The translations under genes and the position numbers were made by a program. A stretch of 64,000 nucleotides of DNA, from positions 50,530,001-50,594,000 of the forward strand of contig OZ365110.1 of assembly GCA_977030845.1 (NCBI GenBank). Reading direction: 5' to 3'. The DNA comes from Fimbriosthenelais zetlandica. Lineage: Eukaryota. This document shows positions 35,701 through 48,680 of this stretch, one piece after another (position 1 is the first letter of the stretch; each line of letters opens with the position of its first letter). The notes below the pieces were generated by a model that saw only the letters and a program-made list of their open reading frames with translations, was not told the DNA's origin and did no database searches.

Positions 35701-38415
35701 CCCTCTACTCTCTATCCTAACACAGTTACTATAATTTATTATCATATTTGTTTAGTACATTACACGTTCTACTATAGCCCGAAAGGAAACCACTCATGGT
35801 AAGGAAGCTTTTGGTACATCTGACCACTGTATTTTTAGCTACGTCATTGACCGATTTTACGGCGTCATTTTACGGCGAACAACAGTCAAGACACGGCAAC
35901 CTTTTTTACAGTGTACCATCGTCCTGGGAAGGAATCTAAAGGGGAGAAGTAAATGTCCCTGATTTGTATAGATAGGCTCTGGCGCAGTGTAGGGAGTACC
36001 TATTTTGAAGGCGAGGGATTTAACATGTCCATTTATATGTTTTTATTATTAATGTTAAATAGATTGCAGAGAGAGAAGAGTGAGTGGCTTATATGATATC
36101 TAAGCAGCGGCTATCTAACATTGTTTATTATGTGTAATGTATTATAGGTAAGGGTCCTACGCTTTAGACATTAACTTGTTTTTGCATCACACGCCATTCG
36201 TCAACATGGTGTACATGTAATGTTTGGTAATATCATAGCATTGTTATAACATGGAAAAAACCAACATTTGGGCATAAGGAGCCTATATAGGATAAGTATA
36301 TATGCTACCACACTCAAAAAAATGGCAATGACTTGTATTCTTATAGAAACGATTGGCCCCTGCATAGAATCGCAAAAGACCATTGAGCTTTGTATTGTTT
36401 GTTTTTTGGTTAGTAATGATACAGAGGTTTGCAGATGCAATCATCTTTCAAACAACCAACATTGTACATGTTTATCATTTACAAATTGATAATAGTTTCA
36501 TCCTTAGTTACAGAACCCACTCGCGGACGACGGTGGGAACTTTTCTTTTAAAACTTCGTGGAAAATAAATGCAACACCATACAGAAACTTGTTCTTGACT
36601 CATCGATACTGCAAAATATCACAGGTCTGAACTAAATGTAAAAATATACATGATACACTGAATGGTGACTTGAGTTATCCTCGTGAGAGGGTCACTGATA
36701 TTAATATAATGTAGGCATACATGTACAAAGGGACTTTCTGGTGGGTGATTTAAAATGTAATAGATCGAACTAAATAGGAATGAATGGAATATGCAAGCTC
36801 TAACTTTATATTGTTTAAATTTCTGAACATAATAAGTTATAATATATCCCCTTACTCGGTAACAGGGTGGTAATCTCGTGCAGTAAGGTAGCAGTTACAC
36901 AGCGGTATGTACAAGCATGGTATTCCTTCTTAAAGATGGTGTATACTATAATAGAATATATTATAACAGTATTAATAGTAGTAGTAATTGAGAATTCACA
37001 CATAATCTCCCGTTTGCAATGATGCACTGTCGTCTGCTTTTGAGGAGGGGGCTCTATGCCACACATTTACATATATAGCCTCCCTTCCTGTGGCAAAAAA
37101 CATGAGCCAAGTCTGAATAATTATTATGTAAATAATGGGTTATTTTGTATTGATAATAATTAATATTAATAGTAATAGAACAAGTATAATTGATGTTGAA
37201 CGATGGTCTCGGTTACACAATCTCCATCCTTGTCTCTTCCACAATCATATTTTCACTGTAGTTTGAAGGGGGAAGGATAGATATCCTTGTTATTTTTTTT
37301 CTTTCAGCAAGTAAGTAACATGTTGGGTTGTCCGTTTCTATCATTTGATATGTGGTCGGTGCCTTGACAGCCTATGGAAACACATTAATATGTGGATAAG
37401 TGACACTAAAATGTAGAATGATTCTGGGTGAGTTGTCTTAAAAACAAATAATATCAGATTGGTTTGTTTTCATCCCATTGGTTTCCGCTTACATCCATGA
37501 AAAACTTCGGGTACATCTCAACTGTGTAATTAGTTTAAAGCATAGACACAGGTTTGTCTATGGTTTAATAGAAAAATCTCATACCACGCAGTGATAGCAC
37601 AACTCCGAGAGACGTTGACTAATTTCTTTTTAACAAGCTCTACATGAGTATAAGCTCTATTCAAAAAGGGGTGTAATCATTTTGGGGTTTCATCCATCGA
37701 TTCATAGATTCCAATCACACAGGTTAATATTGGGGGTTCCTATATGGTTGCCATGGACACCGGGGATCTTCTACAAGCAGTATTCCTCACTTTATACTTG
37801 TGCTTCTTTACAGTGAAATCTCAATTCTTTAATCGTCTTCTAGCCGAGAAGAAGAAGAACCCCTTTAAATTGTCTTTATTCCCAATTTGCACATGATTCA
37901 CACTTGGTAGATCAAGTTAATCCTGGTTTTTCTTTTCTTCTTGATCTGGTTTTATAATCCCATTTTAGTTCAATCGCAGGGCTGGGTATTGCCTTTGTAG
38001 ATACTGATACAGTGTTGTTTTAATATGAAACAGATGAATATCATATATCCAAGAGCAATGTAACTTTAACAGTAGATTATGGGGTATTAGATATAATAAT
38101 TACCTAGTGGCAATTGCATAATGGCCAAGTTAATCTTGGAGGTGTTATTCATAACTTCTTAAGCAGAAAAATGGTACTTATTGGTACTCATTACCAGGTG
38201 GATTATCTGTACCCCATACATAGCATGTAACATCATTTTGAGAGACAAGTGGGTAATAACTTTGTTGCCATGAGATTCATGACTAGGTGTCAGTTTTCTT
38301 TTTTCAAACTTTTCTAGTCTTTTTTCCTCATTTTTCTGTAGTTTTCTGTCCATTTTTTTTTCACTCTCCACTGGGGGGCAGGGTTAGTTGCAAAGATTAC
38401 TTCCTGATTGGCTAA

Positions 38416-39603
38416 TTAAAGGAGGGCATCCTTTTCGGGTGGGGGTTCAGGATTCATGACCCGAGTAAAGTCAGCTGCGAGATCGACCACACTTTCAGAT
38501 CCCTCTTCTGACACAGGAACCACAATGGGTTTACCATCGGGGCCTTTTTCGGGTTTCCCTAACGCACCGATCACCAACTTCCCATCATTCATGAGCCCAG
38601 CCCGCAGACTGGTAGCTACAATCTTCTCAGACAATTCCACAATTTTGAAAAACTTGTTTTTGGACATCCTGCCTGGGGTTTTTTCTCCCGTCTTCGCCCG
38701 GATTTCGATGGTGGAGGAGTTGCACACTTGGACGAGGATGTCTCCTGGTTTGAACACGTCCCCTATATCCACGACTAGACTCATCCTCCGCTCTCCTGGC
38801 TTTCCCGTGAACACTGGCATTCCCATTTTAGGAGGTCCCGTCGGTGTTTGCGGACTACTCGGTGACTGGGAACGTGTTGAGGAATTGGAATGAACTGAGG
38901 TGACAGAGTGAGACGGCGAGGCGTTCTGCAGGTGGAGGTTACCTGCTTGTTTGAGAAAAAAATGAGTCGTTTGTTGAGAGGGCATTGGAGCTTCGATGAT
39001 TAGGATGCCATCCTGGGTTAGTATGGTCTCGAACCGGGTGGCAGATATCTCCAATGGCCTCTGAACTTTGCGTATGTAGGCCTTGTAATTTTCCGGACCA
39101 TCGTCCGTCACTTTCCTCTTGGCTGTCACACATACATAGTCACTTTGAATGTTCACTTGAACTGTGTCTTGTTCAAATTCAGACAAGTCAAACATGATTT
39201 TAAACCGAACACCCACTGGTTCAAAGAATTCACTGAATAGGGTGGTCACCTTTTTCTGGTCCAGAATGTCCATGCTTCCACGTCTTCGTAATATCATGGG
39301 ATCTGATATCAGTTCCTCACTCCCCCAGTCCTTTTCCTCCTCGTATAGGTAAAGAAAATCATCCCTCATTTTGTCCATCTCTTTCTCAAAGTCCTTCTTT
39401 TTCTTTGAAATGTCTTCCTGGACACGTTTTTCCATGACTCGAACTCGCCGTTTTTGGAGTTCTTTGAATGTGACATCTGGCTCTACGGTGAGGGGGATCT
39501 TGGAAGGACTGCCGCCAGCTTTCCGGCGCTGCGAATCTTTGCTGCGTGTAGATGACTTTCGCCGTCCAGTGGACCCAGTTTCTGATTCCATCCCTGAGGC
39601 CAT
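38416..39603 (-). CDS. Small heat-shock protein with two alpha-crystallin domains (p40/major-egg-antigen-like architecture), 395 aa, single coding exon
   Basis: ACD1 FKIMFDLSEF...LTQDGILIIEAP and ACD2 ...LRAGLMNDGKLVIGA; in-frame TAA upstream of the ATG; splice acceptor ttttag 58 nt upstream of the ATG. Confidence 0.88.
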   Translation of the reverse strand: MASGMESETGSTGRRKSSTRSKDSQRRKAGGSPSKIPLTVEPDVTFKELQKRRVRVMEKRVQEDISKKKKDFEKEMDKMRDDFLYLYEEEKDWGSEELISDPMILRRRGSMDILDQKKVTTLFSEFFEPVGVRFKIMFDLSEFEQDTVQVNIQSDYVCVTAKRKVTDDGPENYKAYIRKVQRPLEISATRFETILTQDGILIIEAPMPSQQTTHFFLKQAGNLHLQNASPSHSVTSVHSNSSTRSQSPSSPQTPTGPPKMGMPVFTGKPGERRMSLVVDIGDVFKPGDILVQVCNSSTIEIRAKTGEKTPGRMSKNKFFKIVELSEKIVATSLRAGLMNDGKLVIGALGKPEKGPDGKPIVVPVSEEGSESVVDLAADFTRVMNPEPPPEKDALL

Positions 39604-42600
39604 CTTGTTACTCTTGTTGCAGTACTTGGTGTTGCTAGTTGTTGTCCCTTGACTCCTTTACCTAAAAATGTAATAACCGCAGGTAAGATGTTTTACTCAG
39701 ACGAATGGCGTTTACTTTTTAGATTATTTTCTAATATCATCAGGAATTAAAGAAAGTTTCTTTCTCAAGAAAAGGCGAGTTCACATTCCAAATTTTAGAC
39801 TTTGTAAAGGAATCGAAAGACTCATACCAATGCAACATAAATATATAAGAAAGATATCAGTCTGATATTTTTTTTGATTCTACAACTGATTTAACCTTAC
39901 CCTGTAATAAGGAACATAAAATTGCACATTAATGGAGAATTATCAACATATTCCTTCCAATGACAATCCTTAATACATTCTCAAAATTTGGTCAAAAGTA
40001 AAATAAACATTAGCTACCAATATTTTAATATACTCATGAACCTGGGAACCACCATATTTCAATAACATGATAACATAGTTTTGCTCCTGCATCTTAATAT
40101 GCAACAAAAAACAAAATACCAATGGATAACATATTGCATCCAAAAGTCAGAATGTTTCATTTGCGATTCTATGCGTAGGGCTTCACCTGATTTGTCATAA
40201 AATATCAAATAAATATCAAAGTATGGTACCATAGATATTCCTTGGAATCTGAAATGAATTTCCTAGCAAATATAAAGAACTGCTGCTGTATGTATAATGT
40301 GTTTGAAAGTTGTGTATGGATGCGTGCATTAATCTATTCCGTCACCAGTATAAATTGGATATAATCATAAAGGCCCTTTTCACCTCTCATCTCAAACATT
40401 TCCGCAGACTTGTTTCAAGAAAAAAATCCATTTGAAGTCTATGGGTCAATTTCCTGCATGTTTTCTGAACCTGTCTGCAACAACATTTTCACCATTCTTC
40501 TGATCCCAAGCTTGTATAAGGAAGGGCCCCTTCCCACCCAATTGCATAACCAACTGACGTCCATTGAGTTTGCATGGACAAGAGTTGAGTGTGCAATGCG
40601 TAGAAAATATTAACATTTAAGACAAGAAAATAATCCAAATTATTGCGAAATTGTATTTTATTCAGTAAGCAGGTGTCAATACAATGATATATGGATTGTC
40701 AGACATCATGTATCGTTTAGTAATGGTTGTATTCGTTTTAAGAAGCCATATTACAATAGAACATGGATTATACCTACCATAGATAGACCTTCTATATTCA
40801 TGCAAAAACGCGCTGTATCAGACACACCAGAAATGGATATATTGTTCGGCCTGAGAAAGGCACATTATATAAAAACGCTAGTTAGCACACCAGAAACCAT
40901 TTCTTGGTAATCATATTATATGAAAAGGTATACAAAAATGATTATGAACAAACATTGGCAGATTGCTCTAAGGGCCAATGCAGATTATTAGTATTAATTC
41001 AATGCACAAAGATTGGGTCAATAATGTGTGGTGTGAATAGTGTTAATAGAGGACAGTTGTAAAGTTAACTAGAGACAAATCCTGGTTTACAGATCACAAG
41101 TACAATTTAAACTAGTCAGTAGTGCACTAACTTAACGTTCGCAATATCTTTGTCGTAGGGTTGGGTAGGTTTAGGCTGGGGCTGGGAGCAAGTAGGCAAG
41201 TGGGCAAGTGGGCAAGGGTCAGGGGGCTGAGGTTATAGGGCTGGGAGTTGGATTTAGGGGTTAGAGGAGGCTTCTTCGGAAGTTAGATGTTAAGAAGTAA
41301 AGATTCCTCAGTTAAATAAGAAAAAAAATGTTCACAAAGTTTATCACAAAAAAGGTTGACAATTATTCACATAAGTTGGATTGATATGATTATAATGTAA
41401 TTGATTAAGGTGGAAATCTGGGGCTTGTTCCATAAGCCAAATAAGTAGCCCAGATATGCCTTATGAAACGCCCATGATTGGAAATTTCTACTTCCTCCTA
41501 ATTATCCAACGTTGTACGTCTGTTGGTATATCAATTGATGGGCCAACATGACATACAAGTAATCGATTCAGTGGACATGGAACTTCTACATTGATTAAAA
41601 GGTTGATTAAATTGGGTTGGGTAGGAGGGGGTACTAACGTGGTTAACTTTAAGTTAACTCCAAAAAAGGTAAACATTGCGAACGTGAGTTGGTTTTTGAT
41701 CCTTTTCAATTTAAACTGTACTCAAAATCTCATGGTCCTTGCAACACATTACCGAGATTGTATAAGAAAACGGACATCTCAGCAAACTTAGATATCAAAT
41801 AGGGCTAGACAAAAAATACATTTAGGGATGTCCAACCGACAATAATAATGAAAATTAGTAGAAAAATAGGTTTTTAATTTCATAATCAGCCCCCTCCCCA
41901 CCTAGACGCCTGGTGGTCGAAATATGATTCCATATAGATACACAGCAGACAAAAATGCAAGAGAACATTTAAGACCAATGGCGTGGTATATGGTTAGGTA
42001 TTCATATAATAGTTGAATTCAATATTAAGTTCCATTGAGCATTTCCATGCTGATTTGTAACTGCTGCTATCACAAAAAAATCTACGTTTTCACATGATAT
42101 AGTTTTTAATATGACAAGTGTCATATCGATGTTCGTGCATTAATGTTCGGCCAGTGCTCAAAATCAGAAAGATGTAGCGACGACTATAATATATAAAACA
42201 CTTTTGTACTTTTACATGTAGTAAAATGTTAATCCATGCAACTGTAGGGTACAATGTGCTTGTAAGTGATAGTATAGAGTTCAGTCAGTGCGTATAGATT
42301 ACAAATTAAACAAACTCGCATCATCCATACTTATTGGAGATATATATCTCAAAGTAACCAATTCAAAACCAAGTTGATTACAATAAAATATGAATGCATT
42401 TCATTTCAAAACATCCCGAAATGCTATGTAATAGCACTCCATCAAAATAAAGTCTAACTACTCTCTGACCCTGCTGCGATGATATATGAACAATAGTTCC
42501 CTTCAAAGCTCAATAAAATAGATTTAACGACAGTACAGATCAAGATAAAATCATTATAATACATAATAGGATGGAATAGGAGATGAAAGAAGAAATGGAT

Positions 42601-45600
42601 GGGATAATATAAACCATACATCAATAATAGTCGTAAGTGGAGTATACATATAGGCTAGTGATCGCATTTTATATTAAGATTATTTCATAGTGAGTAAGAC
42701 AGTAGCTCCACGAGACTATAGGGTATGTATGTAGGTAAGTAGAAGCCATGAGCTGAAAGTTCCGCCCATTAATTTAGTTCAACTTTACCTTTATAGTTAG
42801 TACGATAGCTTCCATTAAAATTCCATGTCTAATGTGATACAGAGTATGGAGTAAAGTGCTTTGATTTATTAACAGATTTATCGCAAAAATTCAAAGCTGA
42901 AGGCAAGGAACACCATTTTTAACATGTAGCCTTTCTCACATCAAGCTTGGACTTTAAAGATTAAAACAGGCCTAGCCACTAGTGTTACTATTTCATTTTT
43001 TTGCATCACACGCCTTGGTTTGGTTTATCTTAACATTGAAAACTTCCTATAGCTTTTTCTTAGAGCAAAGACATGTACACGCTTTGGATTATCAAGAAAT
43101 CCCACTGGAGCCTCTACAAGCTTGTTAACAAAAGCATTTTGCATAGAACAGCAAACACCCCATTGAACTCATATATCTAATTCAACCGTTTTTTTTCTCT
43201 CAATAAAAACACAAAATGAGAACCCAAACTTCCAAGTTATCTATGAAATAACAAAATATACCTTTGTATTGTTTTATGCTGCATAGCTTTGGCGAATACT
43301 TCTAAATCTGATTGACAACATTAAGTATGTTAACAGGACGAATAAAGTGCCACCTTTTCTTACTGAGATGAGACCGAAGAGTCATGTACAACGTTAAATA
43401 TGAAAGAACAAACGTCTTTAATACAGAAATATATCATAGTTTATGTAATTAATCTAAAGCCATCATAAGAATAAAAAATGTACAACGAATCATATATGTT
43501 GGACGAATATCACAGGCTGTTAACACAGTGTATATAGGTGGATAAACCACTACACCTCCTGCGCCCTGAAGAAAGGGGAAAAAAGGTATATTAAAAGTAT
43601 TCACCAAGTATCAGGCTATAGTATACCCCATTCTATAGTGAGGTGGAAAGCCCAGACGATGATGGCTATTTCACTGCCATTATATATATATAGGAGTCCA
43701 TAGTCTTCACTGTATACGCAATACAGCACACATGTTCAAACGTTCACTTTGGTCTTTGTACAAGTTCTTTCATTCCATTCGTAATCCAGATTCCTATGAT
43801 AAGAGATGCAAGGCAAGAGCGGCTATAGACTAGTGTAACAGTAAGAGCTAGCACAGCAGGGTTCTCATTTTTTTTTTCTGAGATGCACTTATTGTTCTAC
43901 TGGGTCATTGCACATCACTGCTGCTTTAGCCTAGGGTTGTGCAATGGTCCCTATCGCAGGAGGAGGAGGAGGAGGAAAAGAGCCAGCTAAATGGACTACA
44001 TTTGGAAGCGAACACCGTAATTAGAAAGAAAAAGGTTGTATTTGTTTATGTAAATTAATATGAGCAACAATCCAAGACGCCCACACCCTCTAGTTTTGAG
44101 CTTTTAAGTCTGGTGATGGATCTACAATAGGAGGTAAGTATAGGTGCTTGTGTGAGGGTGAGTTGTTAGTCGTCCGTCTATATGATTTGTAGGGCGTTGA
44201 TTACAATAGTGTTGGGTCCTACTCTCAAAGGCCCGTGGCAACGATGAATCTTGTAAGGTTAGAGTAGAGAGCCCAGGGTATAAGAATGACACAGGAATCC
44301 TCATAGGCTATAATACTTGTGGATATCCGTGCAATAGTCGTATGTGTTTCGCACAACACCAGTATTGATTATACTTTAGCATTGTTCCACCCAAAAATAC
44401 CTCAGTGAATGTAATTTTAAAGACTTTCACATCCCAACGGTCCTACGCATCATGGGTACTATAGGACTAGATCGTTATCACTACTTCACAGATTTATTCC
44501 CAACAGAAGTGGCTAGATTCCATCGGCGCTTTTCATTCATGGATATAAGGTCATGGGAAGCACATTTGAAAACAAGGCCCACATATTTCTAACGCATTAA
44601 GTGATGCCTGAGCACCAAAACACACACGTGTTTTTTTCATGTATAATCCTATTTGACTGAAGGGGGTTGGGGGTAAAAGGCAGTACAAAATCATGTTGAA
44701 GAAATATAATATCCAAGAGTGAGTAGAAAAGTACAATAAAGTGGTCCTTGGTACAGTCACACAATCATTATTCATTTCAAGTGATAACATTAAGAGCTTG
44801 AAATATTAATATGACTGTTCCAGTCCATAAAAGTGAGCAACTGAAATCACTTAAATAGGAACAAATGGAGATTGTGGATGATCTTGTGATCAGATTTTAA
44901 AATCAATCCAATGTTTTCTATTGTCTTTGAGGTGTCATTTACATTTGAACATCATGTTGCAACTGACTTAAAATTCCCATGTATATATATTGTCTCCTTT
45001 GTGTTAGATCCTATGATAACAAATCATTTGTGGCTTGACTATCATGGCTCAGGCCACCACCCTATACGTGTTCTGTGTAGGGTTTGTTTATCAATGTGTA
45101 TTGTCTGAATCCCGTTACTCACGTGGCATCTCCCACAAACATTATCATCCGGGCACTGTAGCGCAGCATGACAATGTGAGGACATACTACTTGTAAGTAT
45201 CCGCCATAATAACTCCACCAAGACTTTTAGTACTGAACCATCTGCTCCAAAGCTAACTCACACGGAGGTTTATACGCTATATCAAAGCAACAAGGTTGAT
45301 TGTTTATAACCTATAATTCCATTCCGATCATGGGTGAGCTTTATTTCATTGGTACTCCCAACAGGCGGGATTGGATCCGCGACCCATTGGTTGAATTCTG
45401 TCTAAAAATCACTGTCTCTCATCACATGGTAAGTCGGGACCTTTCTTTAGGTCCCAATTTTTTTCGACCAATAATCCCAGGAAAAATCTAATTTCCCCAT
45501 GAGGTTTTCATCATGAATCCTTTCACAAAGGATGTCCCTCATAAGTTATTCCAATGTCCTTAATTAACTTCACAACATCATCCAAGACGATGTATATTGT

Positions 45601-45754
45601 CAGTACCACAAGGTGTGTTATTCTGTGGTATCTTCTTCATGGGTTAATGGTGTACTTGTTGCGTTTACCACGGGCTTTTTAATTTTGGTTAATTTGACTG
45701 TTTTTTTTTAATTCTAATTAGTTGGTACCAATTCTAAGCAGAGGAGTTCTGGTC

Positions 45755-46891
45755 CTATGTTGTTGGGGTTACTGGCGGGAAGGAGGCCAGGGCAAGCACA
45801 TTGCAAGGAGTCGCTTTGGCGGCGATTTCTTCTACCACAGCTCTAGTGAAGGCAGCCTTGTTAGAAGCGTCGGTACCCTTGCCAAGGGCACCTATCACAA
45901 GCTTACCATCATCTGTGAGTCCCGCCCGTAGTGTATATGGATCAATCTTTTCATTCAGCTCGAATTCTTTGCTGAATTTATTTTTAGAAAAGCGCTCAGA
46001 AGTTCGCTCTTCATGCTTGGCCTTGATAATAATGCGGTTGTCTTTAAGAGCATGCACTGAGGTGTCCTTGGGACCGAACACCTTTCCGATTTCGAGAATA
46101 AGATGCATCCGCCGTTCCCCGTTTTTACCGGTGAATACGGGGATACCTAACCTAGAACCTGAAGGGGTATGAGGGCTGTTACTAGGTGACCGAGATCGGG
46201 TCGAAGTAGTGGAAATGGACGAGTGTGAGGGAGATGCTGAGGCCTTCCTCAGATTGAGAGAATGAGGGGGTAGCGGAGCTTCTATAATTAAGATACCATC
46301 TTTGGTCAGGTAAGATTTGAGCTTTTCGGGGTCGACTTTAGAAGGGAGCTCGATCTTTCGACAGTATTCCTTCCCTAGTTTTTTGTCTTCTTCTCGTTTC
46401 TGGGATGCTTTGATGGTGATTGTCTCGTTGTCACTGATGACATCTACTGATTCAGGTTCATAGTCACTGACATCGAACCGTAGTTTGTATCGCCGTCCCG
46501 AGTCTGGGTACTCCATAAATAGTGTTTTCATTTTACGTTTATCTAAAAGGTCGACGCTGCCTCGCCGTCGATAAACTAAGGGGTCTGATATCAGTTCCTC
46601 ACTGCCCCATTCTTTGTCACACGGGTACAACTTGAGAAATTCCTCCCGCATCTTCTCAACTTCTTTTTCCCAGTCTCTTTTCTTCCGTCTCATTTCTTCC
46701 TCCATGCGTTTCTCCATTTCTTTCAGACGCCGCCTTTGCAACTCTTGGAAGGTGACGTCATCGCGTTTGACCATGGGAATGCTCTGGCTAACAAAATGTT
46801 TCTTCTCACGACTGTGGTCACGTCTAGGCTTCTTCTTGCCGTCCTTTGTTGCTACCATCGAGCCAGTGTCACTTTCCCCGCCGGACGCCAT
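45755..46891 (-). CDS. Paralogous double alpha-crystallin small heat-shock protein, 378 aa, single coding exon
   Basis: ACD1 YKLRFDVSDYEPESV...YCRKIELP...LTKDGILIIEAP and ACD2 ...FSKEFELNEKIDP...LTDDGKLVIGA; starts MASG like its paralog; in-frame TAG at 46904-46906. Confidence 0.9.
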   Translation of the reverse strand: MASGGESDTGSMVATKDGKKKPRRDHSREKKHFVSQSIPMVKRDDVTFQELQRRRLKEMEKRMEEEMRRKKRDWEKEVEKMREEFLKLYPCDKEWGSEELISDPLVYRRRGSVDLLDKRKMKTLFMEYPDSGRRYKLRFDVSDYEPESVDVISDNETITIKASQKREEDKKLGKEYCRKIELPSKVDPEKLKSYLTKDGILIIEAPLPPHSLNLRKASASPSHSSISTTSTRSRSPSNSPHTPSGSRLGIPVFTGKNGERRMHLILEIGKVFGPKDTSVHALKDNRIIIKAKHEERTSERFSKNKFSKEFELNEKIDPYTLRAGLTDDGKLVIGALGKGTDASNKAAFTRAVVEEIAAKATPCNVLALASFPPVTPTT

Positions 46892-47541
46892 TTTGGTTTT
46901 CACCTAAGGTCCTATGGGTGGAGGTGGTGGGAACTGTAGTGGTTCCAGTTCTGGAAGAAGTGGGTGGTGGTAGTGGGTGGTGGTGGCCTGGGGAAGTGGT
47001 ACCTGTGGTGCTGGCTTGTTCCTCGCTTGGTGGTGGTTGGAATATACTACCTACAACGATAGCAAACGGCAACGTCTAAATGTTGAGGCACAATCTTCAC
47101 TCAGTAGTTGGCATGACTCACAATTTTCTATACATGGTTTTAATGTCCAGAGAGTGAGGAGAGAGCGAGAACCTTTCATTTTAGTCTTTAAAGATCTGAA
47201 ATCTAGAAATATGAGATAATCAATAGGCTGAGGTCTATGTTATCTACGCCAGTCACTATTGGGATATTCTGAAGGAAAATTAGAATATAATACAATTATA
47301 CCCATATTTGATCTTGAAAGAGGAAACACATCAATTCATCGACATTTGGCTCCAATTCATTAGACATACGATTGGTTTTAGATAAGATATGAATCAAATA
47401 CTTCAATGTTTGATCGTACCAAATCAAATACATTTCAAAATTGATGATTTGTCTCATTTGCCACATACAGAATGTTGGGGGTGCTGCAGATCAATCACTT
47501 TTTTTTTAAACGTTCTAATTCACAAGAGGGACACTGGAAAT

Positions 47542-47656
47542 CCCCATGTCCATTGGGTTGTTTCTTTTAATGTATATCAGTTGGCCCATCAACAGCATAT
47601 GGGCAACATTGATGGGCCAACCTTATCGGGATGGAAAAGACTCAATGGACATGGGG
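47542..47656. mobile_element. Most symmetric copy of the ~120-bp double-hairpin MITE-like family
   Basis: Outer 14-bp perfect IR ccccatgtccattg / caatggacatgggg; inner 13-bp perfect IR gttggcccatcaa / ttgatgggccaac. Confidence 0.8.
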
Positions 47657-48529
47657 CCTGAATTGTAGGCAAATCTTGAGAGGAAAATGAGGCTGAAATG
47701 ATGACCTTCATGTAACCAAGGGCATTTTGATATCTGAACCCAAATAAATATTCTTTTAAAATTGGTGTTTTTCTTGATTTTGAGCATGATATGGAATTCC
47801 TAATCGGGAGAATGGCTATTGAGGTTATTGTTTGGTATGTAGCCTAATAACAATGCACGACTGCTGTGGTATGAAAAATGAAAATGTTTGCTATGCAATA
47901 AAAGTGTGGGACTATTGCTTGCAGAATGATTGGAACTACTGTTTATCGAATGAGTGAGAACTAGTACATTCCTATTTAAATCAAAAGTAGCCCACGTTCT
48001 TCAGAGAAAGGCCTGAGAAACTACCAAGACGACTTATTAGGATATAGGTATGACTGCTGAACGTCGTTAAGGCATCAAGTTAAGGCATCAAGTTCCCCTA
48101 TAGCTTCACAGCATTGCGTTTTAAATGTATGGACATTGATTTGTTACAAGAGTCAGTGAATCAGATACACGCATGTGGTAAAGTGGCGGATGGAGATCAG
48201 TATTGGCTTCATGTCCCTGTATTCTGCTGGCTTCATGTCATCTGTCTAAGAGTATGTATATCAAACTCAGATAAAATCGACTACCTTACATCTTACTTCC
48301 GGAATCTGTCTACCCTTAAACCTTTTCATCAGAGCCACACTCTTCCTTCCACATTTATTCTTTGAGGTTTATTTCATCCCTTCCTTCTCTCAGCAATATT
48401 TTCGTGAGTCCTTTCTCTCTTCTCATTTACCATTCCCTGCAAGGGGTGGGGAGATCCAAGGGGAGCCTACAGGGTCAGGACCCCCTACCACCCTTTCTAG
48501 AGAATGGATTTCAATTTTTTTTGTGGAGT

Positions 48530-48680
48530 GGGGGGGGGGGGGGGGGGGAGCCACCCCACCCCGAACCAGTCTCCATCCTCCTGCCCCCTGCCCCCAGCCC
48601 CAGCCCAAGCCCCAACCTCCTGCCCACATCCCCCAGCCCTGCTCACCCCTTCTCCACCCACACAACCCTCGTCCATCGCC
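48530..48680. repeat. Poly-G run (about 19 nt) followed by C-rich low-complexity sequence
   Basis: Directly visible; explains the Gly/Pro-rich spurious ORFs. Confidence 0.85.

Noticed and set aside
38456-46907. Plus-strand ORFs 38456-38893, 39164-39352, 39371-39652, 45801-46172 and 46614-46907 as genes
   Set aside because: They are antisense shadows of the two sHSP coding exons.
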